This document shows positions 38,461 through 49,090 of a stretch of 64,000 nucleotides of DNA, one piece after another (the first letter of the stretch is position 1; every line of letters starts with the position of its first letter). The stretch lies in NCBI GenBank assembly GCA_965372795.1, contig CBDVDR010000017.1:14796-78795 (forward strand), read 5' to 3'. The translations under genes were made by a program, and so were the position numbers. Below the pieces are notes generated by a model. The model did not search any database. It had not been told where the DNA came from and saw only the letters and a program-made list of their open reading frames with translations. Origin of the DNA: an uncultured bacterium. GTDB taxonomy: Bacteria > Zixibacteria > MSB-5A5 > GN15 > FEB-12.

Positions 38461-39078
38461 CTATTTCTGAATTAGTTTCAATTTGAAACGGGTATTAAAT
38501 TTACCATTTGAGCATTTCCCGCAAGATGCCATCCGGAATCTTTTCTGTCTCGGATATAATAACCCACAATTAGGACATATATAATTATATCGTGGTGTTT
38601 TTCTTAATGACGGGTGACCACGGGCTTTGAGGGTTGTTCCTACCCGTTTCGCTTCCCTTTTAAAATCAGTGTCATGTTTGAAGTGTAATATGTGAATCAT
38701 TTCATGCTTCAGGGTATCGGTTAAATCTTCGGGGAATATGTCATGATATTTCACTCCGATTTTAATCAGCTTATGGATCGGAGTATAAGAACCAGCAGAA
38801 AACATCCGCTTGGAATATGCAATCCGAACCCGGGGTAGTTTTCCATCCCAATACAAAAGGTTGAGCCGATCAAACATCTGATATAGAATCTCAATTGTAG
38901 GAAGAGTTTTTAGCGGCTCTTTTAAAACTGTTTTGCGGTTGTTATCTTTGTCATGTGAAAGAATCTTTATGTCAGGTACAGGAACAGGCGGTTTCGCTTG
39001 CACAAGATTAAAGAGATCAAGGTTTAGAGCCCGGAACGCCCGTTTTATCAGTTTTCGTTTCATACGCCTAATATTCAA
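38461..39078 (-). CDS. SprT-like zinc metalloprotease domain protein
   Basis: FDRLN..WDGKLP, HEMIH and C-terminal CPNC..CGKC zinc ribbon. Confidence 0.85.
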   Translation of the reverse strand: MNIRRMKRKLIKRAFRALNLDLFNLVQAKPPVPVPDIKILSHDKDNNRKTVLKEPLKTLPTIEILYQMFDRLNLLYWDGKLPRVRIAYSKRMFSAGSYTPIHKLIKIGVKYHDIFPEDLTDTLKHEMIHILHFKHDTDFKREAKRVGTTLKARGHPSLRKTPRYNYICPNCGLLYPRQKRFRMASCGKCSNGKFNTRFKLKLIQK

Positions 39079-39136
39079 GATTGATGTACTTAAATAATAG
39101 TTATGGATTTTTTTTCAACATTTCAACTAAAAGAAA

Positions 39137-40135
39137 TTATCTTCCGCCGCGAGTCAAACCTTTATCAGTAATGTAAAATGAAACGAGTTCTTGCGGGGTA
39201 ACATCAAATGCCGGTGAATAGACCTCAATATTATCAGGAGCCGTCTGCATTCCAAATCCGTAAGTAACTTCAATTGAGGATCGTTCTTCAATTACAATAT
39301 CGTCACCGGTTTTGATCTTATTATCAAAAGTTGAGTATGGAGCAGCAATATAAAAGGGAACCTTATTTTCTTTGGCTAAAACAGCAACCGAATAAGTACC
39401 GATTTTATTGGCGAAATCACCATTGGCAGCCACCCGGTCAGCACCTACTATCACATGATCGATTTTCCCCTGCTTCATTAACATGCCGGCAGTATTATCA
39501 CATATCAAAGTAACTTTAATATTCTCCTGTTGAAGCTCCCAGGCTGTCAAACGGGCACCCTGAAGTAAAGGTCGGGTTTCATCCGCATAGATATGGTTTT
39601 TCTTGTTTTGATTATGACAAGTATAAATAACCCCAAGCGCAGTGCCTATCCCTCCGGTTGCAAGGGCTCCGGCATTACAATGAGTTAAAATTGAGTCGCC
39701 TTTTTTAATGAGCTCTGAACCATGGATTCCTATTTGTTCACAAAGAAATTTATCTTCAGAATGAATAGCCTCAGCCTCACTCCACAAACTTTTTATAACC
39801 TGATCTATGTCAGTTGAAGAAATTTCATTGAACTTGCTTATCATCCGATCAATAGCCCAGAAAAGATTAACAGCTGTGGGTCGCGAGGCTTTGATTTCAT
39901 CGGCTGTTTTATAAACAAAAGCTTGATCAATATTTTGATGCTGATTTATAGCAGCTGCCAATGCATAAGCGGCAGCGATTCCGATTGCCGGGGCTCCGCG
40001 TACTTCCAGTCGCTTGATTGCTTCGATAAGTCGTAAATAATCAGCCGACTCGATATAGACGATTTCAAGGGGAAGTTTGGTTTGGTCAATCCATTTAATT
40101 GCATTTTCAGTTCTGCAAATTGTGGTAAAATTCAT
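39137..40135 (-). CDS. mtnA: S-methyl-5-thioribose-1-phosphate isomerase
   Basis: VRGAPAIG, RPTAVNL, THCNAGALAT, ETRPLLQGARLT and NKIGTY. Confidence 0.95.
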   Translation of the reverse strand: MNFTTICRTENAIKWIDQTKLPLEIVYIESADYLRLIEAIKRLEVRGAPAIGIAAAYALAAAINQHQNIDQAFVYKTADEIKASRPTAVNLFWAIDRMISKFNEISSTDIDQVIKSLWSEAEAIHSEDKFLCEQIGIHGSELIKKGDSILTHCNAGALATGGIGTALGVIYTCHNQNKKNHIYADETRPLLQGARLTAWELQQENIKVTLICDNTAGMLMKQGKIDHVIVGADRVAANGDFANKIGTYSVAVLAKENKVPFYIAAPYSTFDNKIKTGDDIVIEERSSIEVTYGFGMQTAPDNIEVYSPAFDVTPQELVSFYITDKGLTRGGR

Positions 40136-40187
40136 AGCTCAGAGATATAAGAATATCGAATTAAAGTCAATGATATAATAAAGGGAA

Positions 40188-40604
40188 TTAGTCGCCAATG
40201 ATCTGAATGACGACCGAGCGCTCTCTGGGACGATTATCAAACTCTAAAAAGACGACCTGCTGCCAGGTGCCTAAAGTTAGTTTTCCACTCACAAAAGGGA
40301 CGGTGATATCAGGACCTATCAAGGCTGCCCGAAGGTGTGAAAAGCCGTTGCCGTCATGCCAGGTAGCGTCATGTTCATAGGTGATATTTGAAGGGACTAG
40401 TTTTTCCATCAGGTTCGGAATATCTTTTAATAATCCCGGTTCATATTCAATGGTAGTAATTGCGGCGGTTGAGCCCGGCACAAAAGCAGTTACAGTACCG
40501 GAATTTATTTCTGATTTTGAGACTAATTCTATTATCTGATTGGTTAGGTCGACAATATCGCCGTCACCCGAAGTGTTGAATTTAATTTCCCGCGTATGAA
40601 CCAT
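40188..40604 (-). CDS. yjbQ: YjbQ/UPF0047 family protein
   Basis: GSTAAITTIE, NGFSHLRA and LGTWQQVVFLEFD. Confidence 0.9.
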   Translation of the reverse strand: MVHTREIKFNTSGDGDIVDLTNQIIELVSKSEINSGTVTAFVPGSTAAITTIEYEPGLLKDIPNLMEKLVPSNITYEHDATWHDGNGFSHLRAALIGPDITVPFVSGKLTLGTWQQVVFLEFDNRPRERSVVIQIIGD

Positions 40605-42269
40605 TTAATTATACAAAAATCTTTTAACTTTTTTGGTCGATGTTTTTTCAAGCTCATTTATTTGAACTTCAAAATTTGTTATCCTTTTGTAATCAGCCAT
40701 TTGAGTATTTACATTAGTAACAATTTCTTTAAAAACATTATTTAAAATTTTCATATCAGGGTTATTCAGATTTAGCTCGTGATAGGCTTTGACTTCATCC
40801 AAATCAGGAACGATAATTGCGACGACCTCTTCACCCTGTTTACTTTTCTTTTTTCTGCCGAAGACCACTGTCTCGAGAATCATATTCGATTCATGCAGTT
40901 TATCCTCGATCTCTTCGGGGTAAATATTTTTACCGGCAGCGGAAACAATTAGATTTTTTGCTCTTCCGGTTATCCAGAGATGCCCTTTTTTGATACAGCC
41001 TAAATCACCGGTATGAAGCCAGCCATTTTTTAATAACTCAGATGTTTTTTCAGGGTTGTTTCTATACCCGGGAGTTACATTCCCACCGCGAGCGATGATC
41101 TCTCCCACCCCTTTTTTATCCGGATTTTCAATGCGAATTTCTACATTAGCAACTGCCTGACCGACAGAACCAAACTTGATATCATCAGGACGCTGAGCCG
41201 ATAGAACCGGTGATGATTCAGTCATGCCATACCCTTGAATAAATACCAGTCCGATGTAATTAAAAAATTCTGCTATTCTTGAGGGAACCGCCGCACCTCC
41301 TGAGACAAACATTCGGATCGATCCAAGCCCGGCTTTTTCCCGCAGCGGCTGGAATAGTTTTACTCCTATGCGATTACCAACTTTCCAACCAAGATTAGAA
41401 AGCGAATAAAGAGATTTAAACATAATCCGCTTGGTCACCGGCGCATTATTTATCGCCCGATTGATTGAATGGAACATTTTTTCAAATAAAAGCGGCACCC
41501 CGATTAATACTGTTATCTGATTGTTCACGATATCTTCAATTATCTCTTTGGATTTTAATGAACGGGCATATACAATTTTACAACCGATATACAAAGGTGT
41601 GAAAAAGCCGCAGGTTGCTTCAAATGTATGATGAAGCGGGAGAATCGATAAGAAAACATCATTTTCTTTTACTTCCAACGCCTCCTCAATGCTGGCTAAG
41701 TTGCACAACAGATTCTTATGAGTAAGTTCAACAGCTTTTGGATCTCCGGTTGTACCGGAAGTATAGATCAGGACAGCAGTTTCACTTTGTGACGGTGTTA
41801 AACCGGAAGGATCAACAAACAAAGACTTATAAGAAGTGTGTGAGTTTTCATCAAATGAGAAGAGTTTTAAATCTTTATCAAATCCGTTAAGAGTTTCAAT
41901 AAAGTTTGAGGAAGTAAAGACCACCTCTAAATCAGCATGGTTTATAATATTTTCAATTTCATTAGGTTTCAGATTAGCATCAATCGGAACAACCGTCCCA
42001 CCGGCAGCAAGGATTGAAAAATAAGCTATTCCCCATTCCGGGCGATTTTCACTTAATAAGCCAATTTCCTTTTTTTGAAGAAGGGAATGCTTTTGAAGAC
42101 CGGCTGCTATTTTCCTAACTGATGAAAACAGCTCTGAATAAGTATAAGAGGCACCTTTACCGCCTTTTCCAAGAAAAGCTATTCGGTTTTGTCTTCCTGA
42201 TGCTCTGCTTTCGAGTGTAAAAAATAGATTATCAGTCAGACCAATTTTATTTTGAGCATTTACTGACAT
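40605..42269 (-). CDS. Long-chain fatty acid--CoA ligase (AMP-binding)
   Basis: YTSGTTGDPK, QGYGMTE, WLHTGDLG and GKNIYPEEIE. Confidence 0.9.
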   Translation of the reverse strand: MSVNAQNKIGLTDNLFFTLESRASGRQNRIAFLGKGGKGASYTYSELFSSVRKIAAGLQKHSLLQKKEIGLLSENRPEWGIAYFSILAAGGTVVPIDANLKPNEIENIINHADLEVVFTSSNFIETLNGFDKDLKLFSFDENSHTSYKSLFVDPSGLTPSQSETAVLIYTSGTTGDPKAVELTHKNLLCNLASIEEALEVKENDVFLSILPLHHTFEATCGFFTPLYIGCKIVYARSLKSKEIIEDIVNNQITVLIGVPLLFEKMFHSINRAINNAPVTKRIMFKSLYSLSNLGWKVGNRIGVKLFQPLREKAGLGSIRMFVSGGAAVPSRIAEFFNYIGLVFIQGYGMTESSPVLSAQRPDDIKFGSVGQAVANVEIRIENPDKKGVGEIIARGGNVTPGYRNNPEKTSELLKNGWLHTGDLGCIKKGHLWITGRAKNLIVSAAGKNIYPEEIEDKLHESNMILETVVFGRKKKSKQGEEVVAIIVPDLDEVKAYHELNLNNPDMKILNNVFKEIVTNVNTQMADYKRITNFEVQINELEKTSTKKVKRFLYN

Positions 42270-42317
42270 CTAAATAAGTTAAGAAAGTATACTCCCACAT
42301 GCAATAATTTAGTCAAT

Positions 42318-42349
42318 AAAAAAACCGCCTGTCAAATACAGGCGGTTTT
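42318..42349 (-). terminator. Intrinsic terminator
   Basis: AAAACCGCCTGT-CAAAT-ACAGGCGGTTTT. Confidence 0.8.
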
Positions 42350-42368
42350 GATAAATCGAGGTAAAGTT

Positions 42369-44774
42369 CTATGGAACAGTGATATCGACTGATACTGCAG
42401 CGGTGCCAGCATCGGAACTAACGGAAATTAGTCCGGTATAATCACCGGCAACTAATCCAGAACGGTCAACAGTTACTGTTATTATATCAGTTTCAGTAGT
42501 TGTTGTGCCGGCAGCAAGATCAGTTGTAATCCATGTTTTATCATCACTAATTGTCCAGATAATTGTACCACCGGATCCAGAATTAATAAGATTAAATGTC
42601 AGATTAGTGGTAACGGCTCCAAAACCAAGAGCTGTTGGAGTAGCATTTAAAATCGGATTAGTATTAATAGTAACCTGTTTTGAAAGCGTAATTCCACCGA
42701 GCGGGTCGGTGTCATCGATAGATATTGTAACAGATTCAGCACCGGTTGCAGCGGCGGGCATTGTAATTATAAATTCTGCATAACCGCCTGCATCAGTTTC
42801 TGCTGTTGCAGGAAGGACTGTAGCGCCGTTATTAACGGTTGGAACAAGAGTATGATCTCCAAGAGGATTACCCCAACTGTCAGCATACTCAATTTCAATT
42901 CTAACTTCAGCATCATAATCGGCTGTGGTAGGCACGGCCGTAATTGTACAATTCTTACGGAATGTTTTACCTGTTAGAAGATTTATTGTATGTGTTGTAA
43001 CTCCCCCACCACCATCATCAGCTCTGAAAGAAACAGTAGTAACAGCACCAATTCCATCATCATTTCCACCTGTCAATGACCTATCTGCATCAAGTAGTAC
43101 AGATTGAATAGTCGAAAAATCTGAAGCAGCCCCACAACCATTTTCAAAAACTCCAGAAGATACTTTTAATAAAGGAGAAAATCCTTCAAATCTTGATCCG
43201 CTAATTACAGGATTTCTATTTAGATCATATCCACTAACTTGAACTTCTACTTTCTCTTTGCCATCAGCATTCATAGAATTTGGTATATTAATACTAAGGC
43301 CAATTGAATCTATAAAGTGAGTATTGTAAAACACTGAAGTGTCAGCTACAGTTCCACCGGCTGTTTCGGCATAGATAAGAACTCTACCATCAGCAGTAGC
43401 AACATTATTACCAGCAAACCATATAGTTTTAGCGATGCCTTCATGTTCTGTCGTACGTTCTTCATGAGATTTCATGGTACCTTCATCAGTTGAGAAATAT
43501 ACAACGGTTGAATCATTAACAGGATTCAAGAAAGTATCAGATACAACAGCTGTTATTCTAACTTCATTACCAACATTATCCCAATAATCAACATTACAAT
43601 CAAACGCACCGACTACAATATATTTTGGTGGACCGGCTGAGACGAGGACCTGAGTAGCATTTGAAAGGACCGTATCAGCATCAGCTCTGATTCTGATGGT
43701 ACCTGAAACTGTTCCTGAATGAATTGTTACGGTTGCCACACCCTGATTATTAGTCTGGGCGACATAAGGACCATAGCCAACGTTTCCAAGATGTTCTCCC
43801 CCGCCGGGTCCGTCAAGGATGCGGAAATTGACCGACAATCCTTCAGGGACGACATCACCGTTATAATCATAACAAATGGCTCTTATAGTTCCGGTTTCGA
43901 TTCCGCCTGTCTGCTTAACAGAAAGACTCATCGAATCAGAGGCAAGGTAAATTGAATTTATAGCTGCATTCGGGTTCAGCTGAATACTTGATTCAACATG
44001 ACCGGAAATACCATTATCGTTTACGGTTGCTTTAATATAAACTGTCTGGGCATCGTTTCCGGAGACAAAATTAACCATTGCAACTCCGGCTCCACCGGTT
44101 GTAAAAGCAGTTGATGAAATAAATCCGACAGCATCCCAAATTCCGTTTGCATTAGCATCGTAAATCACGGAGTCGATACCGTTTGACCAGTATCCATTGC
44201 CATCAATATCATCAAATTTTTCACCGGCAGCGAGGAATATCAGAGTTGAATCCGGAGCAGGTTCACCGTTAACATCACGAACAGTAATAGTCAAAGTAGC
44301 AGTATCTTCACCATTAGCTAAGAGCAATGATGGAGAAATATTCATGTTCAGATTTCCAGTACCTTCTTGTTCTTCTTCGGTGATAGTTATGCCAGTTGAC
44401 CGTTCAAGGGAACTGCCTAAAACAGACACCGTTAAAGTGGCTTCACCGGTCGTGGTTGCAGTAAAGACAGTTGCAACCGCGCCGTCAACATCGGAAGTAT
44501 CGGTAGCTGGTGAAAAATAACCGGCAGTTGAAGGAGCAACTGAGAACGCTACTATTTGATTGGGAATTGCTAAGGAGCCTTCCCGAAGAGTAGCTTCTAT
44601 CACAGAAGTATTCCCTATAGTGACAGATGGTGGGTTAACAACAACTGTAATATCAGTTGATGTTGATAGTTCATTTGATACTGATTTTGATGAACATCCG
44701 GTGATATTCATTAAAACAAAAAGCATCAGAATTGAAGCTATAATTGAAAAAACCTGTAAATTACGCCTAAACAT
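42369..44774 (-). CDS. Invasin/intimin-like Ig-domain (Big_1) lipoprotein with a C-terminal BACON-like domain
   Basis: Lipobox ITGC; repeated Ig motifs (ANGEDTATLTITVRD.NG.P, VSDTFLNPV, DSWGNP); DxDxNG Ca-binding loops; WTISDDKTWIT..VDRSGL..GDYTG. Confidence 0.75.
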   Translation of the reverse strand: MFRRNLQVFSIIASILMLFVLMNITGCSSKSVSNELSTSTDITVVVNPPSVTIGNTSVIEATLREGSLAIPNQIVAFSVAPSTAGYFSPATDTSDVDGAVATVFTATTTGEATLTVSVLGSSLERSTGITITEEEQEGTGNLNMNISPSLLLANGEDTATLTITVRDVNGEPAPDSTLIFLAAGEKFDDIDGNGYWSNGIDSVIYDANANGIWDAVGFISSTAFTTGGAGVAMVNFVSGNDAQTVYIKATVNDNGISGHVESSIQLNPNAAINSIYLASDSMSLSVKQTGGIETGTIRAICYDYNGDVVPEGLSVNFRILDGPGGGEHLGNVGYGPYVAQTNNQGVATVTIHSGTVSGTIRIRADADTVLSNATQVLVSAGPPKYIVVGAFDCNVDYWDNVGNEVRITAVVSDTFLNPVNDSTVVYFSTDEGTMKSHEERTTEHEGIAKTIWFAGNNVATADGRVLIYAETAGGTVADTSVFYNTHFIDSIGLSINIPNSMNADGKEKVEVQVSGYDLNRNPVISGSRFEGFSPLLKVSSGVFENGCGAASDFSTIQSVLLDADRSLTGGNDDGIGAVTTVSFRADDGGGGVTTHTINLLTGKTFRKNCTITAVPTTADYDAEVRIEIEYADSWGNPLGDHTLVPTVNNGATVLPATAETDAGGYAEFIITMPAAATGAESVTISIDDTDPLGGITLSKQVTINTNPILNATPTALGFGAVTTNLTFNLINSGSGGTIIWTISDDKTWITTDLAAGTTTTETDIITVTVDRSGLVAGDYTGLISVSSDAGTAAVSVDITVP

Positions 44775-44882
44775 GTTTTCTCCTAATATTATTTAATATT
44801 TCCATTTACTATTCGCTAAATTATTTAATTCGTTCAATTTATTAAAACCCCTCAGTTTAAACCAAGGGGTGTAATCTTTGAC

Positions 44883-46172
44883 CTAATTACCTTCCATCGC
44901 CAAACCATCTTCGATGATTGTCGGTGTAACAAAAATCACCAGATCCCGGCTTTCCATACGTTTGTTTGTATATTTGAAGAGTAATCCTAAGATTGGAATA
45001 TCTTTAAGAATTGGAACGCCAACTTCTGATTCAACTTCATCCTGGGTAGTCAAACCACCGATAACAGCCGTTTGTCCATTCTCAACAATAACATTTGTTT
45101 CAGCAGTACTGATATTAATTATGACACCATTTGGATCAAACATATAGGTAGAACGTTCCGGCTTAAGATACATTAGAATCTGATTTTCAGCTGTAATATG
45201 CGGAGTGACTTCTAATATTGTACCAACTTCTTCAAAAACAATTACTACGTTTCCGGATTCATCAAACTGTTTGACAGGAATTTTCTGACCCATTTGAATT
45301 CTGGCTGTTTTGTTGTCGACTGTAGTAATTTCAGGATGAGCAATAACTTTACCTTTACCGGAACTAACAATAGTATTTACCACCGCATCAACAGTCCAAC
45401 CTTTTTGTAAAGCGGTAACAGCATAAGTTCCAGCAGGATCAGCGGTTCTATCATAGACCTGACCTTTTTGCTCGAATGAACGGCCGGATTCGGTAGTGAA
45501 GGTTCCTGCTGCATCCCAGCTAATGCCTAACTCTTCAATATCAGTATTAAAAATTTCAAGCATTTGAGCAGAAATTTTGATCTGTTTAGCAGGTCGATCC
45601 AGTTCAGATATATACTCAATGATTGATCCCATATTTGACGGAATCTCTTTGATGATAATAGAATTTGAACGGCTATCAGAAATAGCTTCTCCACGCTCAG
45701 TCATCAGCGACTTAACAGATTTCACAATATCATCGGAAGTTGAGTTTGAGATTCGCACGATTTGAGTAATTAGCGGAACGATTTCCCTTTGTTCTTTATT
45801 ATGTTTCTCAAGTTCAGAAACTTCATTTCGATAATCTTCAGATTTCAGAACCCTGATGAATTTTTCACCTTCATTTACAACGGCGAGGTCATAAGTTCGG
45901 CCGATAATATCCATTGCTTTGCGCCAAGCTACATCAGTTAATTTAATGGTAACCAAACCCTTTACTTCAGGAGAAATCACAACATTAACATTACCATAAT
46001 CAGCAAGGAAAGTGAGTACTGAAGTAATTTCGGCACCCTGGAATTGTAAATTTTTAATCAGTTGAGTCGGGTCGCTCTTTTTTTCTACAGCAATAACCGG
46101 ACTTAAGAACGCAACTACCAGGATTAGAACCGTCATAGCAGTTATCGTTTTATTCCAACTCTTTAACATCAT
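44883..46172 (-). CDS. pilQ: Type IV pilus secretin (no N-terminal AMIN domains)
   Basis: STN/N0 (LQFQGAEI..V.WRKAM), N3 (DSRSNSII), secretin core VGTILEVTPHI, GVPILKDIPILGLLFK and LVIFVTPTI; start placed after the GAAAGGA RBS. Confidence 0.9.
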   Translation of the reverse strand: MMLKSWNKTITAMTVLILVVAFLSPVIAVEKKSDPTQLIKNLQFQGAEITSVLTFLADYGNVNVVISPEVKGLVTIKLTDVAWRKAMDIIGRTYDLAVVNEGEKFIRVLKSEDYRNEVSELEKHNKEQREIVPLITQIVRISNSTSDDIVKSVKSLMTERGEAISDSRSNSIIIKEIPSNMGSIIEYISELDRPAKQIKISAQMLEIFNTDIEELGISWDAAGTFTTESGRSFEQKGQVYDRTADPAGTYAVTALQKGWTVDAVVNTIVSSGKGKVIAHPEITTVDNKTARIQMGQKIPVKQFDESGNVVIVFEEVGTILEVTPHITAENQILMYLKPERSTYMFDPNGVIINISTAETNVIVENGQTAVIGGLTTQDEVESEVGVPILKDIPILGLLFKYTNKRMESRDLVIFVTPTIIEDGLAMEGN

Positions 46173-46191
46173 TATAGCCGTCCTTTCGCTA

Positions 46192-47685
46192 TTAATCATT
46201 TTCAAGTTTTAAAGCTACGGTTCTACTCCAACCATATTCAAATATCTGGAAATAAACTCGTTCGTTTTCCACTCTTAAGACATAGCCTTTTTTAACTTTA
46301 TCACCAGATTTCAGAATGTAGCCATATCCTGTTTTATCTTCTAATAAAGCTCTGTTGTTGCCACCAGTAGATTCAATGACACCTACTAATTTAAGACCTT
46401 CAACATTCGGCTTCCTTCTTTCAACTATAGTGTTATTAACTTTAGTTTCATTTATAAGAGTTTCAAACGGATCACGTCTATTACGACTTTTATATTTTAT
46501 AACTAATCGCTTCGGAAATTCCGCTACCATGGTTCCTTTAATTTTATTTGAAGCAACCGGAGATCTGCGGAATCTTGAAGTTTTTGATTTATTTACTTCT
46601 TTTTTCGCTAATACTTTTTTAGTTGGCTTCTTCTTAGGAGCAGCTTTAGCTACTGCTTTGGTAGTTTGTTTCTTAGGGGAAACTTTAGCCACTGCTTTGG
46701 TAGTTTGTTTCTTAGGGGAAACTTTAGCCACTGCTTTGGTAGTTTGTTTCTTAGGAGCAGCTTTTGCTATAACCGCTTTTTTCTTCTCAGGTTTAGATTT
46801 TACAGCAACAGATTTCGTTTGAAATTTCTTTTTCTCGGCAAAAACCGGTTTAGTTTTTAATTTCGGTTTTGGTGCTGGTCCAATTTTCACTTTATTTTTA
46901 TCAGTATTATCAACTTTTGCTTTGGATGATTTTCCTGATTTCTTTATAACCTGAACCGGTTTTACTTCTTTAGCAACCGGCTTTACTTCACGTTGCTCTG
47001 AAAAATTTAGTGCAAAGGCAGAATTCGACCACTTCGTTTCTTTTTTAGCAACCGTTACAACTGGTTTTGATTTCGGTTTTGTTACCGCAACTTTTGATGA
47101 CTGTAAACTGGATTGACGATCAGACTCTATCGACTTATTCAGTTGAGCAACCGTTTTTGAGGATTTTGATAAAACTTCTTTTTTTACGATTACTTTAGGA
47201 GTTTTCTTTAGTTGTTTCTTTTGTTTTAGCTCCTGTTTCAGGGCGACAACAACTGTTTTTGTAGTCCAGTTACTGAATGACTTATATGAATTTCCCGGAA
47301 TGGTAACCCTTACCTGCTTAGAATCAGAATCAATACTATAGACAGTTTCTTTTTTCATATCAAAAACTAAGCGGACAACTTTTTCAGGTGTAACAGAGTA
47401 TTGACTGGTTCTTAGTTTACTGATTGAGCAATTCGGTAATGCCATAAAATTTTTGGCGCCAATTTCATGAGTAGCCGAAAGGATATCTACAATAACTCTG
47501 AATGGCTTTCCATCTTTGGCTTCCACAGTCTGGTGTGTGTATCTGATGGTTCCATTAATATCAACAGCTGCCACCGTCTCTCCATTTTTATGACTCAGCT
47601 CAACATTAGTTACCTCGGCGGCATTGACATGCATTCCCAACAGAAACACAGTCGCGAGGAATATAAAGATCTTATTGTATTTCAT
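46192..47685 (-). CDS. AMIN domain plus Lys-rich linker plus PilP-like domain fusion
   Basis: Signal peptide; AMIN (PFRVIVDI..LRTSQY..VVRLVFDM); C-terminal RRDPF..LKLVGVI..ALLED..GYILKSGD typical of PilP; occupies the pilP slot between pilO and pilQ. Confidence 0.75.
   Translation of the reverse strand: MKYNKIFIFLATVFLLGMHVNAAEVTNVELSHKNGETVAAVDINGTIRYTHQTVEAKDGKPFRVIVDILSATHEIGAKNFMALPNCSISKLRTSQYSVTPEKVVRLVFDMKKETVYSIDSDSKQVRVTIPGNSYKSFSNWTTKTVVVALKQELKQKKQLKKTPKVIVKKEVLSKSSKTVAQLNKSIESDRQSSLQSSKVAVTKPKSKPVVTVAKKETKWSNSAFALNFSEQREVKPVAKEVKPVQVIKKSGKSSKAKVDNTDKNKVKIGPAPKPKLKTKPVFAEKKKFQTKSVAVKSKPEKKKAVIAKAAPKKQTTKAVAKVSPKKQTTKAVAKVSPKKQTTKAVAKAAPKKKPTKKVLAKKEVNKSKTSRFRRSPVASNKIKGTMVAEFPKRLVIKYKSRNRRDPFETLINETKVNNTIVERRKPNVEGLKLVGVIESTGGNNRALLEDKTGYGYILKSGDKVKKGYVLRVENERVYFQIFEYGWSRTVALKLEND
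46631..46768. repeat. 39-bp coding tandem repeat (PKKQTTKAVAKVS/AA) x3.5
   Basis: TTCTTAGG anchors at 46631, 46670, 46709 and 46748. Confidence 0.9.
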
Positions 47686-47696
47686 GCTTTAAACTC

Positions 47697-48320
47697 CTAA
47701 AGGGATAACTCTGTGAGACGTTCATTGTCCTTCACAAAGTAGGTTGTGAGGGTAAATGAAGATTTCATAGTTTCTTGTTTTTTAAGATTATCCAATTGAG
47801 TGCTTTTTCTTTTGGATTTCTCTTCAGTTATAGTCAGCTCAAGAGCTTCTATTTGAACATTCATGACATTTGTTATAAATGGGAAATTAGCCACATAACT
47901 GGTAAATTTACCAAAATCATGAAATCTGCCGGTCAGTTCAATATCAAAAGAGGCAATATTATAAAACTCATTAGAGGAAATTTCGGATGGTTTTACTTTT
48001 GTAATTTTAGTCCCGGTCAAAGATGATGCCATATGGAGTTGAACCAGAAATGACGGAATCTGCTTTACTTCGGGAAGCAAGGCTTCAATCTTATCATATC
48101 TTTCAATAAGATCGACATATTCAATTTTTAAAGCTTCCAGAGATTTTGCTTTCATCTCAACATTGCGTAAGTTCGTCGTAATAGTTTCGAATTCCTGAGC
48201 TTTTTGAGTAATCTGGTTGTCATACATCGAGTAGACTCTTGAGTACCAGAAATATACTACAATAAAAAAGGCCAGAACTCCTAAGGCTATTCTTTGAACT
48301 TTTGAATCTTTAAAGTCCAT
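47697..48320 (-). CDS. pilO: Type IV pilus assembly protein PilO
   Basis: TM plus coiled coil, LLPEVKQIPSFL and GRFHDFGKF..VANFP. Confidence 0.9.
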   Translation of the reverse strand: MDFKDSKVQRIALGVLAFFIVVYFWYSRVYSMYDNQITQKAQEFETITTNLRNVEMKAKSLEALKIEYVDLIERYDKIEALLPEVKQIPSFLVQLHMASSLTGTKITKVKPSEISSNEFYNIASFDIELTGRFHDFGKFTSYVANFPFITNVMNVQIEALELTITEEKSKRKSTQLDNLKKQETMKSSFTLTTYFVKDNERLTELSL

Positions 48321-48331
48321 GCTATAATTCC

Positions 48332-49084
48332 CTAATTTAAAACTTTATGGCTTGTTTTTGAGCCTTTGTTTTTATTATCAATTTTTGTCGAAGCTATGAG
48401 ATTGCGCAGTTTTTCATCTGAAAGAAAATGCAAATCACAGGTTATGACAAAGTTATATGCTTTGTGGCTATCGTCACTGTCGAGTTTCTTTTCTTCAGAG
48501 GATACCAGTTCAACATTTTCAAAATAATCTGAGCGCATCATGTTGATCATAAAAGATGCCAGAGCATTCAGAGTAAATGAGTATCCTTCAATTTTAACTT
48601 CTTTTACCGGAGCATTAATACTCGCAGCAACAGAGTAGGCATCAATTTCTTTTTTCTTTTTCTTTTTGCTATTCTTGTTTTTATCAGCTTTAGCAACCGG
48701 TGCAGATTTTGGTCCAAGTTCTTCAAATTTTTGAATCCAAACAAATTCAGGAACATTTCTTGCGATATCTTCAAGAACTTTTACCCATGATGACCGATGA
48801 CTATCTAATTTTTCAACGGCTTCCATTCGCTGGGTAATTTTAGTTTTTACATCAATCAATCCATCAACAAGCTGGATATCTTTTTTCAGCATGGCAGCAC
48901 GCTGTTTTGCTTTGGCAATGTTATCATCCAGAATTGTAAGTTGATGAGATTGGTAGAACGTGACGGCTAAAAGCATCACTACGACTCCGGCGGCACCGAT
49001 CATGCCATAAATACCGGTTTTCCCCATCGAGAAAGAGATGGATTTTTTTCTATATCCTTTGGGAAGTAGATTTATCTCTATCAT
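48332..49084 (-). CDS. pilN: Type IV pilus assembly protein PilN
   Basis: N-terminal IEINLLP motif, TM, VPEFVW and FENVEL. Confidence 0.9.
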   Translation of the reverse strand: MIEINLLPKGYRKKSISFSMGKTGIYGMIGAAGVVVMLLAVTFYQSHQLTILDDNIAKAKQRAAMLKKDIQLVDGLIDVKTKITQRMEAVEKLDSHRSSWVKVLEDIARNVPEFVWIQKFEELGPKSAPVAKADKNKNSKKKKKKEIDAYSVAASINAPVKEVKIEGYSFTLNALASFMINMMRSDYFENVELVSSEEKKLDSDDSHKAYNFVITCDLHFLSDEKLRNLIASTKIDNKNKGSKTSHKVLN

Positions 49085-49090
49085 AGTATA

